A DNA stretch of 64,000 nt, taken from positions 38,433 through 102,432 of the forward strand of contig JAZRTX010000030.1 in assembly GCA_045652205.1 (NCBI GenBank). The letters run 5' to 3'. The position numbers and the translations under genes are program-made. This DNA comes from Clostridia bacterium. Its GTDB lineage: Bacteria > Bacillota > Clostridia > Christensenellales > QALW01. Position 1 is the stretch's first letter, and every line of letters begins with the position of its first letter. The notes under the pieces were generated by a model. It did no database searches. It was not told where the DNA came from and saw nothing but the letters and a program-made list of their open reading frames with translations. This document shows, in pieces, positions 1 through 8,919 of the stretch.

Positions 1-1481
1 TTAATTAACTGTGTTGCTTCCTTGTTTCTGAAAAGGCGCTGTAATTTTCTTTCTTCAGGAGCATTACCCTTCTGAACTTCTGCACCGCAGGTTTCAAGGC
101 TTTGTGCAGTATGTGATTTTGATGAACCTGTTGCACCGCCGCAACCGTCACGACCTGTTGAACCACCTAAAAGCACAACAACATCGCCAGGTGTTGGCAC
201 TTCCCTGCGAACGTTTTCCTGTGGAGCAGCAGCGATAACTGCACCGATTTCCATACGCTTTGCAGCGTAGCCGGGATGATAGATTTCATCAACAATACCT
301 GTTGCAAGACCGATTTGGTTACCGTAGGAGGAATAACCTGCCGCAGCAGTAGTAACGATCTTTCTTTGTGGTAATTTACCTTTAATTGTTTCAGAAACAG
401 GCTTTAAGGGGTCTGCGGCACCTGTTACACGCATAGCACCGTAAACGTATGCTCTGCCTGAAAGGGGATCGCGGATAGCACCGCCGATACAGGTTGCTGC
501 GCCACCGAAAGGCTCAATTTCTGTGGGATGGTTGTGGGTTTCATTTTTAAAGAGTAAAAGCCAAGGCTCTTTTTTGCCATCTACTTCTACTTCAATTTTA
601 ACGGTACAAGCGTTGATTTCTTCGGATTCATCAAGCTTGTCTAACTTGCCGTGTTTTTTAAGATATTTAACTGCAACTGTTGCAAGGTCCATTAAGCAAA
701 TAGGCTTTGTACGGTTTAATTCCTTACGAACTGCAATATATTCTTCATAAGCGCTTTGTAAAAGCTCGTCTTCAAACTTAACGTCATCAATAATAGTTAA
801 GAAAGTTGTATGACGGCAGTGGTCTGACCAATACGTATCAATCATTCTGATTTCAGTAATGGTGGGATCACGGTCTTCTGTTTTAAAGTAATCCTGACAG
901 AACTGAATATCGTCAGCATCCATAGCAAGACCGTATTCCTTAACGAAATCTTCTAAACCTTTTCTATCTAATTTAATAAATCCTTCTAAGGTTTTAACAG
1001 ACGTAGGAATTTCGTAATTTACCTTTAAGGTTTCGGGCTTTTCTAAGGTTGCTTCCCTTGCTTCAACAGGGTTGATAACGTATTTTTTGATTTCTGCAAT
1101 TTCTGATTCAGTTAAATCACCGTAAAGCACGTAAACCTTTGCTGTACGAACTGTTGGGCGGTCGCCCTGTGAAATAATCTGAATACACTGTGCTGCTGAA
1201 TCTGCGCGCTGATCAAACTGACCGGGAAGATATTCAACTGCAAAAACGTATCCGTTTTCAGCTGTAATTTCATCAGTTACAATGTCAAGCTGAGGCTCAG
1301 AAAAAACAGTTTTTTTAGCATAATCAAAAAGCTCTTCAGTGATGTTTTCTGCATCATAGCGGTTGATTACGCGAACGTCCTTTAAATTTACAATACCAAG
1401 AAGGTTATTAGCTTCACTAAGAAGCGCATTTGCTTCATTGGCAAGTTCTTTTTTCTTTTCAACAAAAACTCTGAATACCAT
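1..1481 (-). CDS. purL: phosphoribosylformylglycinamidine synthase (single-chain PurL type), 5' part only (~493 codons); gene continues past the left window edge
   Basis: Absent from the ORF track because no stop lies in the window. Hand translation from ATG 1481..1479 gives MVFRVFVEKKKELANEANALL... In-frame ETHNHPTEIEPFGGAATCIGGAIRDPLSGRAYVYG around 430-545 is the FGAM-synthase signature. The ATG lies 1 nt after the purD stop. Confidence 0.9.
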   Translation of the reverse strand, partial: MVFRVFVEKKKELANEANALLSEANNLLGIVNLKDVRVINRYDAENITEELFDYAKKTVFSEPQLDIVTDEITAENGYVFAVEYLPGQFDQRADSAAQCIQIISQGDRPTVRTAKVYVLYGDLTESEIAEIKKYVINPVEAREATLEKPETLKVNYEIPTSVKTLEGFIKLDRKGLEDFVKEYGLAMDADDIQFCQDYFKTEDRDPTITEIRMIDTYWSDHCRHTTFLTIIDDVKFEDELLQSAYEEYIAVRKELNRTKPICLMDLATVAVKYLKKHGKLDKLDESEEINACTVKIEVEVDGKKEPWLLLFKNETHNHPTEIEPFGGAATCIGGAIRDPLSGRAYVYGAMRVTGAADPLKPVSETIKGKLPQRKIVTTAAAGYSSYGNQIGLATGIVDEIYHPGYAAKRMEIGAVIAAAPQENVRREVPTPGDVVVLLGGSTGRDGCGGATGSSKSHTAQSLETCGAEVQKGNAPEERKLQRLFRNKEATQLI

Positions 1482-1482
1482 T

Positions 1483-2751
1483 TTATTCTCCTTTGGCTTT
1501 TAAAGCCTTCTGACCAATATCGTTACGGTAATATGCATTTTCAAAGGAAATAGTTTTTACCATTTCATAAGCCTTTTTAATTGCATCTTCCAATGTTTCG
1601 CTTACTGCGGTTGCACCAAGAACTCTACCGCCGTTTGTTACAAGCTTGTTATTCTTAAAGGAAGCGCCTGCAACGTAAACGCTGTTTGTGATATTCTCGG
1701 GGATTATCATTTCAAAACCTTTATCATAACTTTGTGGATAACCCTTTGATGCCATAATTACGCAACAAGCGTTTTTATCCATAAATTCAACGTTTATTTC
1801 ATTTAACGTTTCGTTAGTTACTGCCTGCATTACAGTTAAAAGGTCTGTTTTTAATAAAGGAAGCACAACCTGTGTTTCAGGATCACCGAAACGACAGTTG
1901 TATTCAATAACCTTTGGACCGTTTTTAGTAAGCATTAAGCCAAAGTATAAGCATCCTTTAAAGGTTCTGCCTTCACTATTCATCGCGTTTATTGTAGGAA
2001 CAAAGATTTTTTCCATACATTCTTCTGCGATTTCTTTGGTGTAATAGGGGTTAGGAGCAATAGTTCCCATACCGCCTGTATTAAGACCTGTATCGTTATC
2101 CCCTGCCCTTTTATGATCCATTGAAGAAATCATAGGTACTACTGTTTTACCATCGGTAAAGGATAAAACGGAAACCTCAGGACCTTCTAAAAATTCTTCA
2201 ATAACGATATTGTCACCGCTTGCGCCAAACACCTTATCTTCCATCATTGATTTAACGGCATCTATTGCTTCTTCCCTTGTTAAAGCGATAATAACGCCTT
2301 TACCTAATGCAAGACCATCAGCCTTAATAACCGTTGGAATAGGTGCGGTTTCAAGATATTTTAACGCGCTTTCAATATCGTTAAAAACCTCATATTCCGC
2401 TGTGGGAATATTGTATTTTTTCATTAAGTTTTTTGAAAACACCTTACTGCCTTCAATGATAGCGGCATCTTTTTTAGGACCGAAGCATTTTATACCTGCT
2501 TCTTCCAAAGCGTCAACCGCGCCTAAAACAAGGGGATCATCAGGGGCAACAACTGCGTAATCAATATTGTTTTCCTTTGCAAAGGCAACGATTTTATCAA
2601 TTTCCTTTGCGCCGATATCAACTAAAACCGCATCCTTTGCCATACCTGCATTACCGGGCAGGGCAAAAATTTCAGTAACGGTTTTGTTTTCTTTAAGTTT
2701 TTTAATGATGGCGTGTTCTCTGCCGCCACCGCCAACAACCATTATTTTCAT
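1483..2751 (-). CDS. purD: phosphoribosylamine--glycine ligase
   Basis: 422-aa ORF starting MKIMVVGGGGREHAI, with an ATP-grasp layout typical of PurD. Sits inside the pur operon. Confidence 0.95.
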   Translation of the reverse strand: MKIMVVGGGGREHAIIKKLKENKTVTEIFALPGNAGMAKDAVLVDIGAKEIDKIVAFAKENNIDYAVVAPDDPLVLGAVDALEEAGIKCFGPKKDAAIIEGSKVFSKNLMKKYNIPTAEYEVFNDIESALKYLETAPIPTVIKADGLALGKGVIIALTREEAIDAVKSMMEDKVFGASGDNIVIEEFLEGPEVSVLSFTDGKTVVPMISSMDHKRAGDNDTGLNTGGMGTIAPNPYYTKEIAEECMEKIFVPTINAMNSEGRTFKGCLYFGLMLTKNGPKVIEYNCRFGDPETQVVLPLLKTDLLTVMQAVTNETLNEINVEFMDKNACCVIMASKGYPQSYDKGFEMIIPENITNSVYVAGASFKNNKLVTNGGRVLGATAVSETLEDAIKKAYEMVKTISFENAYYRNDIGQKALKAKGE

Positions 2752-2765
2752 TTATTAAGTTCTCC

Positions 2766-3890
2766 TTAGTGATGGAAAAGGCGCATTCCTGTAAATGCGA
2801 TTACCATACCGTATTTATCTGCACATTCAATAACTAAATCGTCCCTGATTGAACCACCGGGCTCAGCGATATACTTAACACCGCTTCTCTTTGCCCTTTC
2901 AATGTTATCAGAGAATGGGAAGAATGCATCTGAACCAAGCGCAACGTTATCAATAGTTGCAAGATATTCTTTTGCTTCCTTATCTGTTAAGGGTTCAGGC
3001 TGACTTGTAAAATACTTCTGCCAAATACCGTCTGCACAAACGTCTTCTTCGTTCTTATTGATATAGCCATCAATAACGTTATCCCTGTCAGGACGTGCGA
3101 TATTTTCCTTAAAAGGAAGGTTTAATACCTTATCGTGCTGACGAAGGAACCAGGTATCTGCCTTTGTGCCTGCTAAACGGGTGCAGTGAATACGTGATTG
3201 CTGACCTGCGCCAACACCGATAGCCTGTCCGTCATAAGCAAAGCAAACTGAGTTTGACTGTGTATATTTAAGTGTAATTAAAGCAATTATAAGGTCGCGA
3301 ACGGCTTCAGAAGGAAGCTCTTTATTTTTTGTAACAAGGTTTGATAAAAGTGCTTCGTTAATTTCAAAGTTATTTCTGCCCTGTTCAAAAGTGATGCCGT
3401 AAACCTGCTTATGCACAATAGGAGCAGGAACAAAGTTTGCATCAATCTTAACGATGTTGTAGTTGCCGTTGCGCTTGGTTTTTAAGATTTCAAGTGCTTC
3501 GGGTTCATATCCTGGGGCAATAACACCATCGGAAATTTCCCTTTTAATCATTTTTGCGGTTGTAACGTCGCAAATATCAGAAAGTGCAACCCAATCACCG
3601 AATGAGCACATTCTGTCTGCACCACGGGCACGGGCATAAGCGCAAGCTAAGGGAGAATCGTCAAGACCTTCAATATCATCAACAAAGCAAGCCTTTTTAA
3701 GCTTTTCGGGCAATTTAACGCCAACTGCCGCTGAAGTGGGTGAAACGTGCTTAAAGGAGGTTACTGCAGGAAGCCCTAATGCTTCCTTTAATTCTTTAAC
3801 AAGCTGCCAGCTGTTAAAAGCATCAAGAAAGTTAATGTAACCGGGTCTGCCTGAAAGGATTTCAATAGGAAGCTCGGTGCCGACGTGCAT
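2766..3890 (-). CDS. purH: AICAR formyltransferase (PurH AICARFT domain only, no IMP cyclohydrolase/MGS domain); the reading frame extends upstream but is broken by an in-frame TAG
   Basis: 374-aa ORF containing SFKHVSPTSAAVG and GVGAGQQSRIHCTRLAG motifs of the AICARFT domain. The conserved family N-terminus (MKEFELKYGCNPNQ) lies in frame upstream at 3909..3950. Confidence 0.85.
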   Translation of the reverse strand: MHVGTELPIEILSGRPGYINFLDAFNSWQLVKELKEALGLPAVTSFKHVSPTSAAVGVKLPEKLKKACFVDDIEGLDDSPLACAYARARGADRMCSFGDWVALSDICDVTTAKMIKREISDGVIAPGYEPEALEILKTKRNGNYNIVKIDANFVPAPIVHKQVYGITFEQGRNNFEINEALLSNLVTKNKELPSEAVRDLIIALITLKYTQSNSVCFAYDGQAIGVGAGQQSRIHCTRLAGTKADTWFLRQHDKVLNLPFKENIARPDRDNVIDGYINKNEEDVCADGIWQKYFTSQPEPLTDKEAKEYLATIDNVALGSDAFFPFSDNIERAKRSGVKYIAEPGGSIRDDLVIECADKYGMVIAFTGMRLFHH

Positions 3891-3950
3891 AAAGATTTTT
3901 GCAGGCTACTGATTAGGGTTACAACCGTATTTTAATTCAAATTCTTTCAT
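3891..3950 (-). other. severed 5' end of the purH reading frame: ATG 3950..3948, 14 codons, then TAG at 3908..3906, in frame with the ATG at 3890
   Basis: The reverse complement reads ATG AAA GAA TTT GAA TTA AAA TAC GGT TGT AAC CCT AAT CAG TAG CCT GCA AAA ATC TTT ATG. This translates as MKEFELKYGCNPNQ*PAKIFM. As I recall, homologues have Lys (AAG) at the TAG position. Confidence 0.8.
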
Positions 3951-3962
3951 ATTTAACACTCC

Positions 3963-4679
3963 TTACTTGTTTTTGTTTACAATTCTTGAATCATATTCAC
4001 CTGTTTTAAGGTCAATATAACGAACAAAAAGTGAAACTTTATTATCTTCGTTTAAGTTCTTCCAGATAATATCGGTTAAAGCATCAATATCAACGTTTGG
4101 AAGTTCAAGTGTTTTAGGCTCACCCTCAAAGCTTGGAAGGGGGTTGCCATCGCACTTGTAGGTATGTATAAATTTTGCCTTAGCAGGTAAGGGATTTGAA
4201 TAAGCAAAAGTATATCTCTGACAGGATGAACCGTCACCGTCTGCTGATTTTAAAATTGACATTGCAAAATTCATATCTTCGTTTTCAAGACGGATAATAC
4301 CTGAAATTCTTGGTGTAAAGTTAGGTGCATCATCTTCAAACTCACGGGTGCGAAGCGCTTGTTCAAAGGTCATCTGCCTATCCATAAGCTCGTAAATGGT
4401 ATCGGTCTGATCACCGTTAGTTACGATGGTTTTATTACCAAGAACACGCACAGGTGCATATATGATCAAATGTGGATCTGTCATTTTTGAAGGGTCAAAA
4501 GCCTGTGTTCTGATGCCTTGACCGTCTTCTATAAAAACGCGGTTACGGCTGTTTTCACTTCTGCCCATAATAAAGTATGCTGTGATTGCTTTTGTGCCGT
4601 CAGCACTTTTACCTATAATAATACCTCTGCCGTGGTAAGCCAAAGAATTAAGTTCTTCCTGAAGAGTTTTAATTTCCAT
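3963..4679 (-). CDS. purO: IMP cyclohydrolase, archaeal PurO-like type
   Basis: 238-aa ORF (HGRGIIIGKSADG...AYFIMGRSENSRNR...) that resembles the PurO/IMP_cyclohyd family from memory. It lies directly upstream of the cyclohydrolase-less purH in the pur operon. Confidence 0.75.
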   Translation of the reverse strand: MEIKTLQEELNSLAYHGRGIIIGKSADGTKAITAYFIMGRSENSRNRVFIEDGQGIRTQAFDPSKMTDPHLIIYAPVRVLGNKTIVTNGDQTDTIYELMDRQMTFEQALRTREFEDDAPNFTPRISGIIRLENEDMNFAMSILKSADGDGSSCQRYTFAYSNPLPAKAKFIHTYKCDGNPLPSFEGEPKTLELPNVDIDALTDIIWKNLNEDNKVSLFVRYIDLKTGEYDSRIVNKNK

Positions 4680-4694
4680 TTTTATGCCCTCTCT

Positions 4695-5318
4695 TTATAA
4701 AATATACGTTCTGCCGTTTTTAACTAAAATTTTATCATCGCATAAAAGCTGAACTGCCTTAGGCAGTATCTTCCATTCTGCCTGTTCCATTATGCGTTTT
4801 TGAAGCGTTTCGGGAGTATCGTCATCTTTTACCTCAACTGCTTTTTGAAGGATAATAGGTCCGCCGTCACACTCATTTGTAACAAAGTGCACCGTTGCAC
4901 CTGAAACCTTTACGCCTTTTTTAAGGGCTTCTTCGTGAACGTGAAGACCGTAATAGCCTTTTCCGCAGAAAGACGGGATTAAAGCAGGATGAACGTTTAC
5001 CATTTTATTGGGGAATGCATCGCAAACTGCATCGCCTAAAATAGTCATAAATCCTGCGTAAACGATAACGTCAGCCTTTTCTTCAAGTAATAATTTAAGC
5101 ATATCTTCTGTGTACTTATCTACGTTATCATAATCTTTTCTGATTAAGGTTCTTGTTTTAATGCCACTATTTTTAGCGCGGGTTAATGCATAGGCATCTT
5201 CCTTTGAAGCTACAACGCAGGTTATCTTGCCGTTTCCAAGCTCGTTTCGTTTTTCAGCATCAATTAACGCCTGAAGATTAGTTCCGCCACCTGAGGTAAG
5301 TACAACAATGTTTTTCAT
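4695..5318 (-). CDS. purN: phosphoribosylglycinamide formyltransferase
   Basis: Starts MKNIVVLTSGGGTNLQALID and carries the NVHPALIPSFCG formyltransferase motif. Start moved from the track's 5345 to ATG 5318, which sits 1 nt after the purM stop (TAAtATG coupling). Confidence 0.92.
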   Translation of the reverse strand: MKNIVVLTSGGGTNLQALIDAEKRNELGNGKITCVVASKEDAYALTRAKNSGIKTRTLIRKDYDNVDKYTEDMLKLLLEEKADVIVYAGFMTILGDAVCDAFPNKMVNVHPALIPSFCGKGYYGLHVHEEALKKGVKVSGATVHFVTNECDGGPIILQKAVEVKDDDTPETLQKRIMEQAEWKILPKAVQLLCDDKILVKNGRTYIL

Positions 5319-5319
5319 A

Positions 5320-6360
5320 TTATTCAATGATAACACCCTCATCACTCTTTATAACTTCGCCAATGATATAAGCATCTTCGCCCATTGCTTTTAAGATTTC
5401 CAATGCCTTTTGAGCTTCTTGGGCAGGAACAACAATGCTCATACCAACACCCATATTAAAGGTGTTAAACATATCTCTTTCGGAAATTCCGCCAACCTTC
5501 TGAATTAAATCAAAGATTGGTAAAATTTTAAGTGTTGACTTATCAACCTTTACAGAATAGCCTTCTGGCAAGCTTCTTGGAATGTTTTCATAGAAGCCAC
5601 CGCCTGTGATATGTGAAATAGCGTGAACGTCAACCTCTTTTAAAAGAGCAAGCACGCTTTTAACGTAAATCTTTGTAGGAGTAAGTAAAGCTTCGCCCAA
5701 AGTTTTACCGTTTAATTCTTCTGTGTAGGCATTTAAATCGCAGTTGCCGATATCAAAAACCTTACGAACAAGTGAGAAACCGTTTGAATGAACACCTGAT
5801 GATGCAAGCGCAATAACTGTATCTCCTTCATTAACCTTGTTGTTATCTAAAATCTTCTTTTTATCAACAACGCCTACTGCAAAACCTGCAAGGTCATAAT
5901 CTTCTAAAGGCATCATACCTGGGTGTTCTGCAGTTTCGCCGCCGATTAAAGCTGCGCCTGACTGAACACAGCCTTCACAAACACCGCTTACGATAGAAGC
6001 GATTTTTTCGGGGTAATTCTTTCCGCAAGCAATATAATCAAGGAAGAAAAGTGGCTTTGCACCGCAACAGATAATATCGTTTACGCACATAGCAACTGCA
6101 TCAATACCGATGGTATCGTGCTTATCCATTAAAATTGCAAGCTTAACCTTTGTTCCGCAACCGTCTGTTCCGCTTACAAGTACAGGTTCTTCAACACCTG
6201 CTAAATTAAGACCAAAACAACCACCGAAACCGCCAACATCATCAAGGCAGCCTTCGTTACGGGTTCTTTTGATATGTTCTTTCATAAGTTCAACTGATTT
6301 ATAGCCTGCGGTAATATCTACGCCTGCTGCTGCATAACTATCGGATTTTGATTTTAACAT
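5320..6360 (-). CDS. purM: phosphoribosylformylglycinamidine cyclo-ligase (AIR synthetase)
   Basis: Contains DDVGGFGG, SGTDGCGTK and HITGGG motifs. Start moved to ATG 6360 (MLKSKSDSYAAAGVD), preceded by GGAAAGGAA. The track's longer start overlaps the end of purF. Confidence 0.93.
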   Translation of the reverse strand: MLKSKSDSYAAAGVDITAGYKSVELMKEHIKRTRNEGCLDDVGGFGGCFGLNLAGVEEPVLVSGTDGCGTKVKLAILMDKHDTIGIDAVAMCVNDIICCGAKPLFFLDYIACGKNYPEKIASIVSGVCEGCVQSGAALIGGETAEHPGMMPLEDYDLAGFAVGVVDKKKILDNNKVNEGDTVIALASSGVHSNGFSLVRKVFDIGNCDLNAYTEELNGKTLGEALLTPTKIYVKSVLALLKEVDVHAISHITGGGFYENIPRSLPEGYSVKVDKSTLKILPIFDLIQKVGGISERDMFNTFNMGVGMSIVVPAQEAQKALEILKAMGEDAYIIGEVIKSDEGVIIE

Positions 6361-6364
6361 TTTT

Positions 6365-7786
6365 TTATTCCTTTCCACTCCAACAATAAGTACAAAGGTT
6401 TTCCCTATCAATACCTATTGCTTTAATAATGCCCTCAAGGGACTGAAAATCAAGTGAGTTAAACTGTAATTTTTCACAAATTGCTTCTCTTAATTTCTGA
6501 CCGCGCTCTGTTTTTGAATCAGAGTATTCTTCAAGGTGATTTAAACCTTCTTCACCTTCAAGCTCAATAACCGTTCTTCTTGCGATTAACTCTAATTCGT
6601 TGCCTGAACGGGAGAAGCTTAAAAATTTACAACCGTACATAATAGGCGGACAGGCTGAACGCATATGAACTTCCTTTGCGCCGTTATCGTAAAGGAAATC
6701 AACTGTTTCCTTTAACTGTGTGCCACGAACGATGGAATCATCTACAAACAGTAAGCTTTTATCCTTAATAAATTCGTGCACAGGAATTTGCTTCATTTTA
6801 GCAACCTTATTGCGCTGTGCCTGATTTGCGGGCATAAAGCTTCTTGGCCAGGTAGGTGTATATTTAATAAACGGGCGCGCAAAAGGTATTCTGCTTTTAT
6901 TTGCATAGCCGATTGCGTGGGGAGTACCTGAATCAGGAACACCGCAAACGTAATCTATACCTTTATCTTTACCTGTTTCTTCATCCGTCTCAGCCATAAT
7001 TTCACCGTTTTTACAACGCATGGCTTCAACGTTTACGCCTTCATAGGTTGAGGTTGGGTAACCGTAATAGGACCAAAGGAAAGCACAGATTTTCATTTTA
7101 TCCTTTTTTTCCATTAAGGTTGTAACCTTATCTTCTGTAATTTCAACTATCTGTGCAGGGCCAAGCTCTAAATAATCTTCATACTCAAGCTTTTTATAAG
7201 CAAAGGATTCAAAGGCTACTGCAAAACCGTTTTCGTTTTTACCTATTAAGCAAGGTGTTCTTCCGTAAAAATCACGGGCGGCGATTATAGTGCCTTTATC
7301 CGTAAGAATCAAACAGGTTGCTGAACCTTTTATCTGTTCCTGTGCAAAGCGGATACCTTCTTGGAAGCTATCCTTCATATTGATAAGGCCTGCAAAAATT
7401 TCAACTGAGTTGACTTTGCCGCCTGTCATAGCACCGTACTGACCGCCATCTTTAAGGTATTTTTCAATAAGTTCTTCTGAATTATTGATAGCACCTATAA
7501 GAACGATAGCATAAGCACCTAAATGTGATCTGAATAAAAGTGGCTGAGGCTCGGAATCGCTTATGCATCCAATTGCCGCAGTACCTTTCATTTCTTCAAA
7601 TAGGTCTTCAAACTTTGTGCGAAATGGTGAATTTTGTATATTGTGTATTTCCCTTTGTAAGCCAAGTTCCTTATCCCAGGCGGCAACGCCAGCCCTGCGT
7701 GTTCCTAAATGAGAATGGTAATCTGTACCAAAGAACACATCGGATATGGCATCCTGCTTACAAACTGTGCCGAAAAAGCCTCCCAT
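6365..7786 (-). CDS. purF: amidophosphoribosyltransferase homologue (PurF family) with Gly in place of the N-terminal nucleophile Cys
   Basis: 473 aa with a class-II GATase-like N-domain (QPLLFRS, AINN) and the PRTase motif LLFVDDSIVRGTQ. The start is well supported by AAGGAG 6 nt upstream. The N-terminus reads MGGFFG rather than MCG[IV]FG. Confidence 0.85.
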   Translation of the reverse strand: MGGFFGTVCKQDAISDVFFGTDYHSHLGTRRAGVAAWDKELGLQREIHNIQNSPFRTKFEDLFEEMKGTAAIGCISDSEPQPLLFRSHLGAYAIVLIGAINNSEELIEKYLKDGGQYGAMTGGKVNSVEIFAGLINMKDSFQEGIRFAQEQIKGSATCLILTDKGTIIAARDFYGRTPCLIGKNENGFAVAFESFAYKKLEYEDYLELGPAQIVEITEDKVTTLMEKKDKMKICAFLWSYYGYPTSTYEGVNVEAMRCKNGEIMAETDEETGKDKGIDYVCGVPDSGTPHAIGYANKSRIPFARPFIKYTPTWPRSFMPANQAQRNKVAKMKQIPVHEFIKDKSLLFVDDSIVRGTQLKETVDFLYDNGAKEVHMRSACPPIMYGCKFLSFSRSGNELELIARRTVIELEGEEGLNHLEEYSDSKTERGQKLREAICEKLQFNSLDFQSLEGIIKAIGIDRENLCTYCWSGKE

Positions 7787-7798
7787 AAACGTCTCCTT

Positions 7799-8287
7799 TT
7801 AAAGTTTAGAAGCAATATCAGCGTCCTTTTCCAATACCTTTTTAGCATCAGAAACGCGCTTCAAATCAAGTTTTTCTTGTAACTGTTTATCTTCAACTGC
7901 AATTATCTGTGCCGCAAGTAAAGCCGCATTTGCGCCACCGTTAATAGCAACTGTTGCAACAGGAATACCTGTTGGCATCTGTACTGTTGCTAAAAGCGCA
8001 TCCATTCCATCAAGATTCGTACTTGAACAAGGAATACCGATAACCGGCAAAGTTGTGTTTGCAGCAATAGCACCTGCAAGGTGAGCTGCCATACCTGCTG
8101 CGGCAATTAAAACGCCAAAGCCGTTTTCACGGGCAGAAAGCGCAAAATCTCTTGCTTCAACAGGTGTGCGATGTGCTGAATAAACGTGCACCTCAAATGG
8201 AATATCAAGAGTTTTTAACATATCTGTTGCTTTTTTAATAATTGGAAGATCACTATCGCTTCCCATAACGATTCCAACTTTTTTCAT
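7799..8287 (-). CDS. purE: 5-(carboxyamino)imidazole ribonucleotide mutase (class I PurE motif SAHRTP)
   Basis: Starts [15 protein letters not shown] and contains SAHRTP. Start set at ATG 8287, preceded by GGAGGT. Confidence 0.93.
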   Translation of the reverse strand: MKKVGIVMGSDSDLPIIKKATDMLKTLDIPFEVHVYSAHRTPVEARDFALSARENGFGVLIAAAGMAAHLAGAIAANTTLPVIGIPCSSTNLDGMDALLATVQMPTGIPVATVAINGGANAALLAAQIIAVEDKQLQEKLDLKRVSDAKKVLEKDADIASKL

Positions 8288-8300
8288 TCTTTTACCTCCA

Positions 8301-8350
8301 AACAAAAATAAGAAAAGGCACAGTTACCCGAAAAATCAAGTAATTGTGCC
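8301..8350 (-). terminator. intrinsic terminator forming the expression platform of the ZTP riboswitch
   Basis: The minus strand reads GGCACAATTAC-ttgatttttcgg-GTAACTGTGCC followed by TTTTCTTATTTTT. The 5' arm overlaps the CUGGGCA end of the aptamer. Confidence 0.8.
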
Positions 8351-8420
8351 CAGACGGTCGGCAATAATAATTCTTTGTTCCTTTGTGGTTTTTCCACTTT
8401 TATCCGTCAGTTACAAAGAA
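8347..8420 (-). promoter_or_regulatory. ZTP (ZMP/ZTP-sensing, pfl motif) riboswitch aptamer
   Basis: The minus strand reads TTCTTTG-TAACTGACGGATAAAA-GTGG-AAAAA-CCAC-AAAGGAA-CAAAGAA, an ttattatt linker, then GCCGACCGTCTGGGCA. This gives a P1 helix, a P2 hairpin, and the conserved 3' module CGACCG(U/C)CUGGGCA. GACGG and CCGTC form the pseudoknot and are co-varied relative to the consensus GGCG/CGCC. Confidence 0.85.
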
Positions 8421-8437
8421 CTTTATTTATACCTGAA

Positions 8438-8466
8438 ATTATACAATAAAAACAGGTTTCTGTCAA
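8438..8466 (-). promoter_or_regulatory. sigma-A promoter of the pur operon
   Basis: The minus strand reads TTGACA, a 17-nt spacer, then TATAAT. Both hexamers match consensus perfectly. It lies about 20 nt upstream of the riboswitch. Confidence 0.8.
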
Positions 8467-8499
8467 GGCAACAACCCTAATACATTAAAGATTTTATAT

Positions 8500-8919
8500 T
8501 TATTTTTTTGCCTGTGTTTCGCAATATAAACAGCGGTAAACGCCCTTTTCTTTATCGGTTAATTTAAAGATATGGTCAATCTCCTGCTCGCAGGAAGAAA
8601 TGCAACGGGGGTTTTTGCACTTAATTACGTTTACTAAGGTTTTTGGCATTTCAATGGTCTTTTTTTCTACTAAAACGCCACCTTTAATAATATTTACCGT
8701 TGCGCTTGGATCCACGTAACCGATAACATCAAAATTAACAGGGATATCCGCATCAATTTTAATAATATCTTTTTTGCCCATTTTTTTACTGCCTACGTTT
8801 TTAATTAAGGCAATTGAGCAATCTGCTTTTGAAAGTTCTAATAGTTCATAAAGTTCCATACCCCTGCCTGCAGAAATATGGTCAATAACAACACCGTTCT
8901 GGATTGAATCTATTTTCAT
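8500..8919 (-). CDS. pyrI: aspartate carbamoyltransferase regulatory subunit
   Basis: 139 aa starting [15 protein letters not shown], with a C-terminal Zn cluster CxxxxC...CxYC. Overlaps the pyrB stop by 4 nt. Confidence 0.92.
   Translation of the reverse strand: MKIDSIQNGVVIDHISAGRGMELYELLELSKADCSIALIKNVGSKKMGKKDIIKIDADIPVNFDVIGYVDPSATVNIIKGGVLVEKKTIEMPKTLVNVIKCKNPRCISSCEQEIDHIFKLTDKEKGVYRCLYCETQAKK

Noticed and set aside
3906-3908. TAG in purH as a recoded (pyrrolysine or sense) codon
   Set aside because: TAG terminates at least two well-supported genes in this window (the flavoprotein at 22132-22134 and the GRE at 32777-32779). No pyl genes are present. A nonsense mutation or a read error is the simpler explanation.
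8288-8440. Expected a guanine/adenine (purine) riboswitch upstream of purE
   Set aside because: The three-way-junction purine aptamer consensus (UAUAAU...GGAUAUGG...CCGACUA) is absent. The sequence fits the ZTP/pfl architecture instead.
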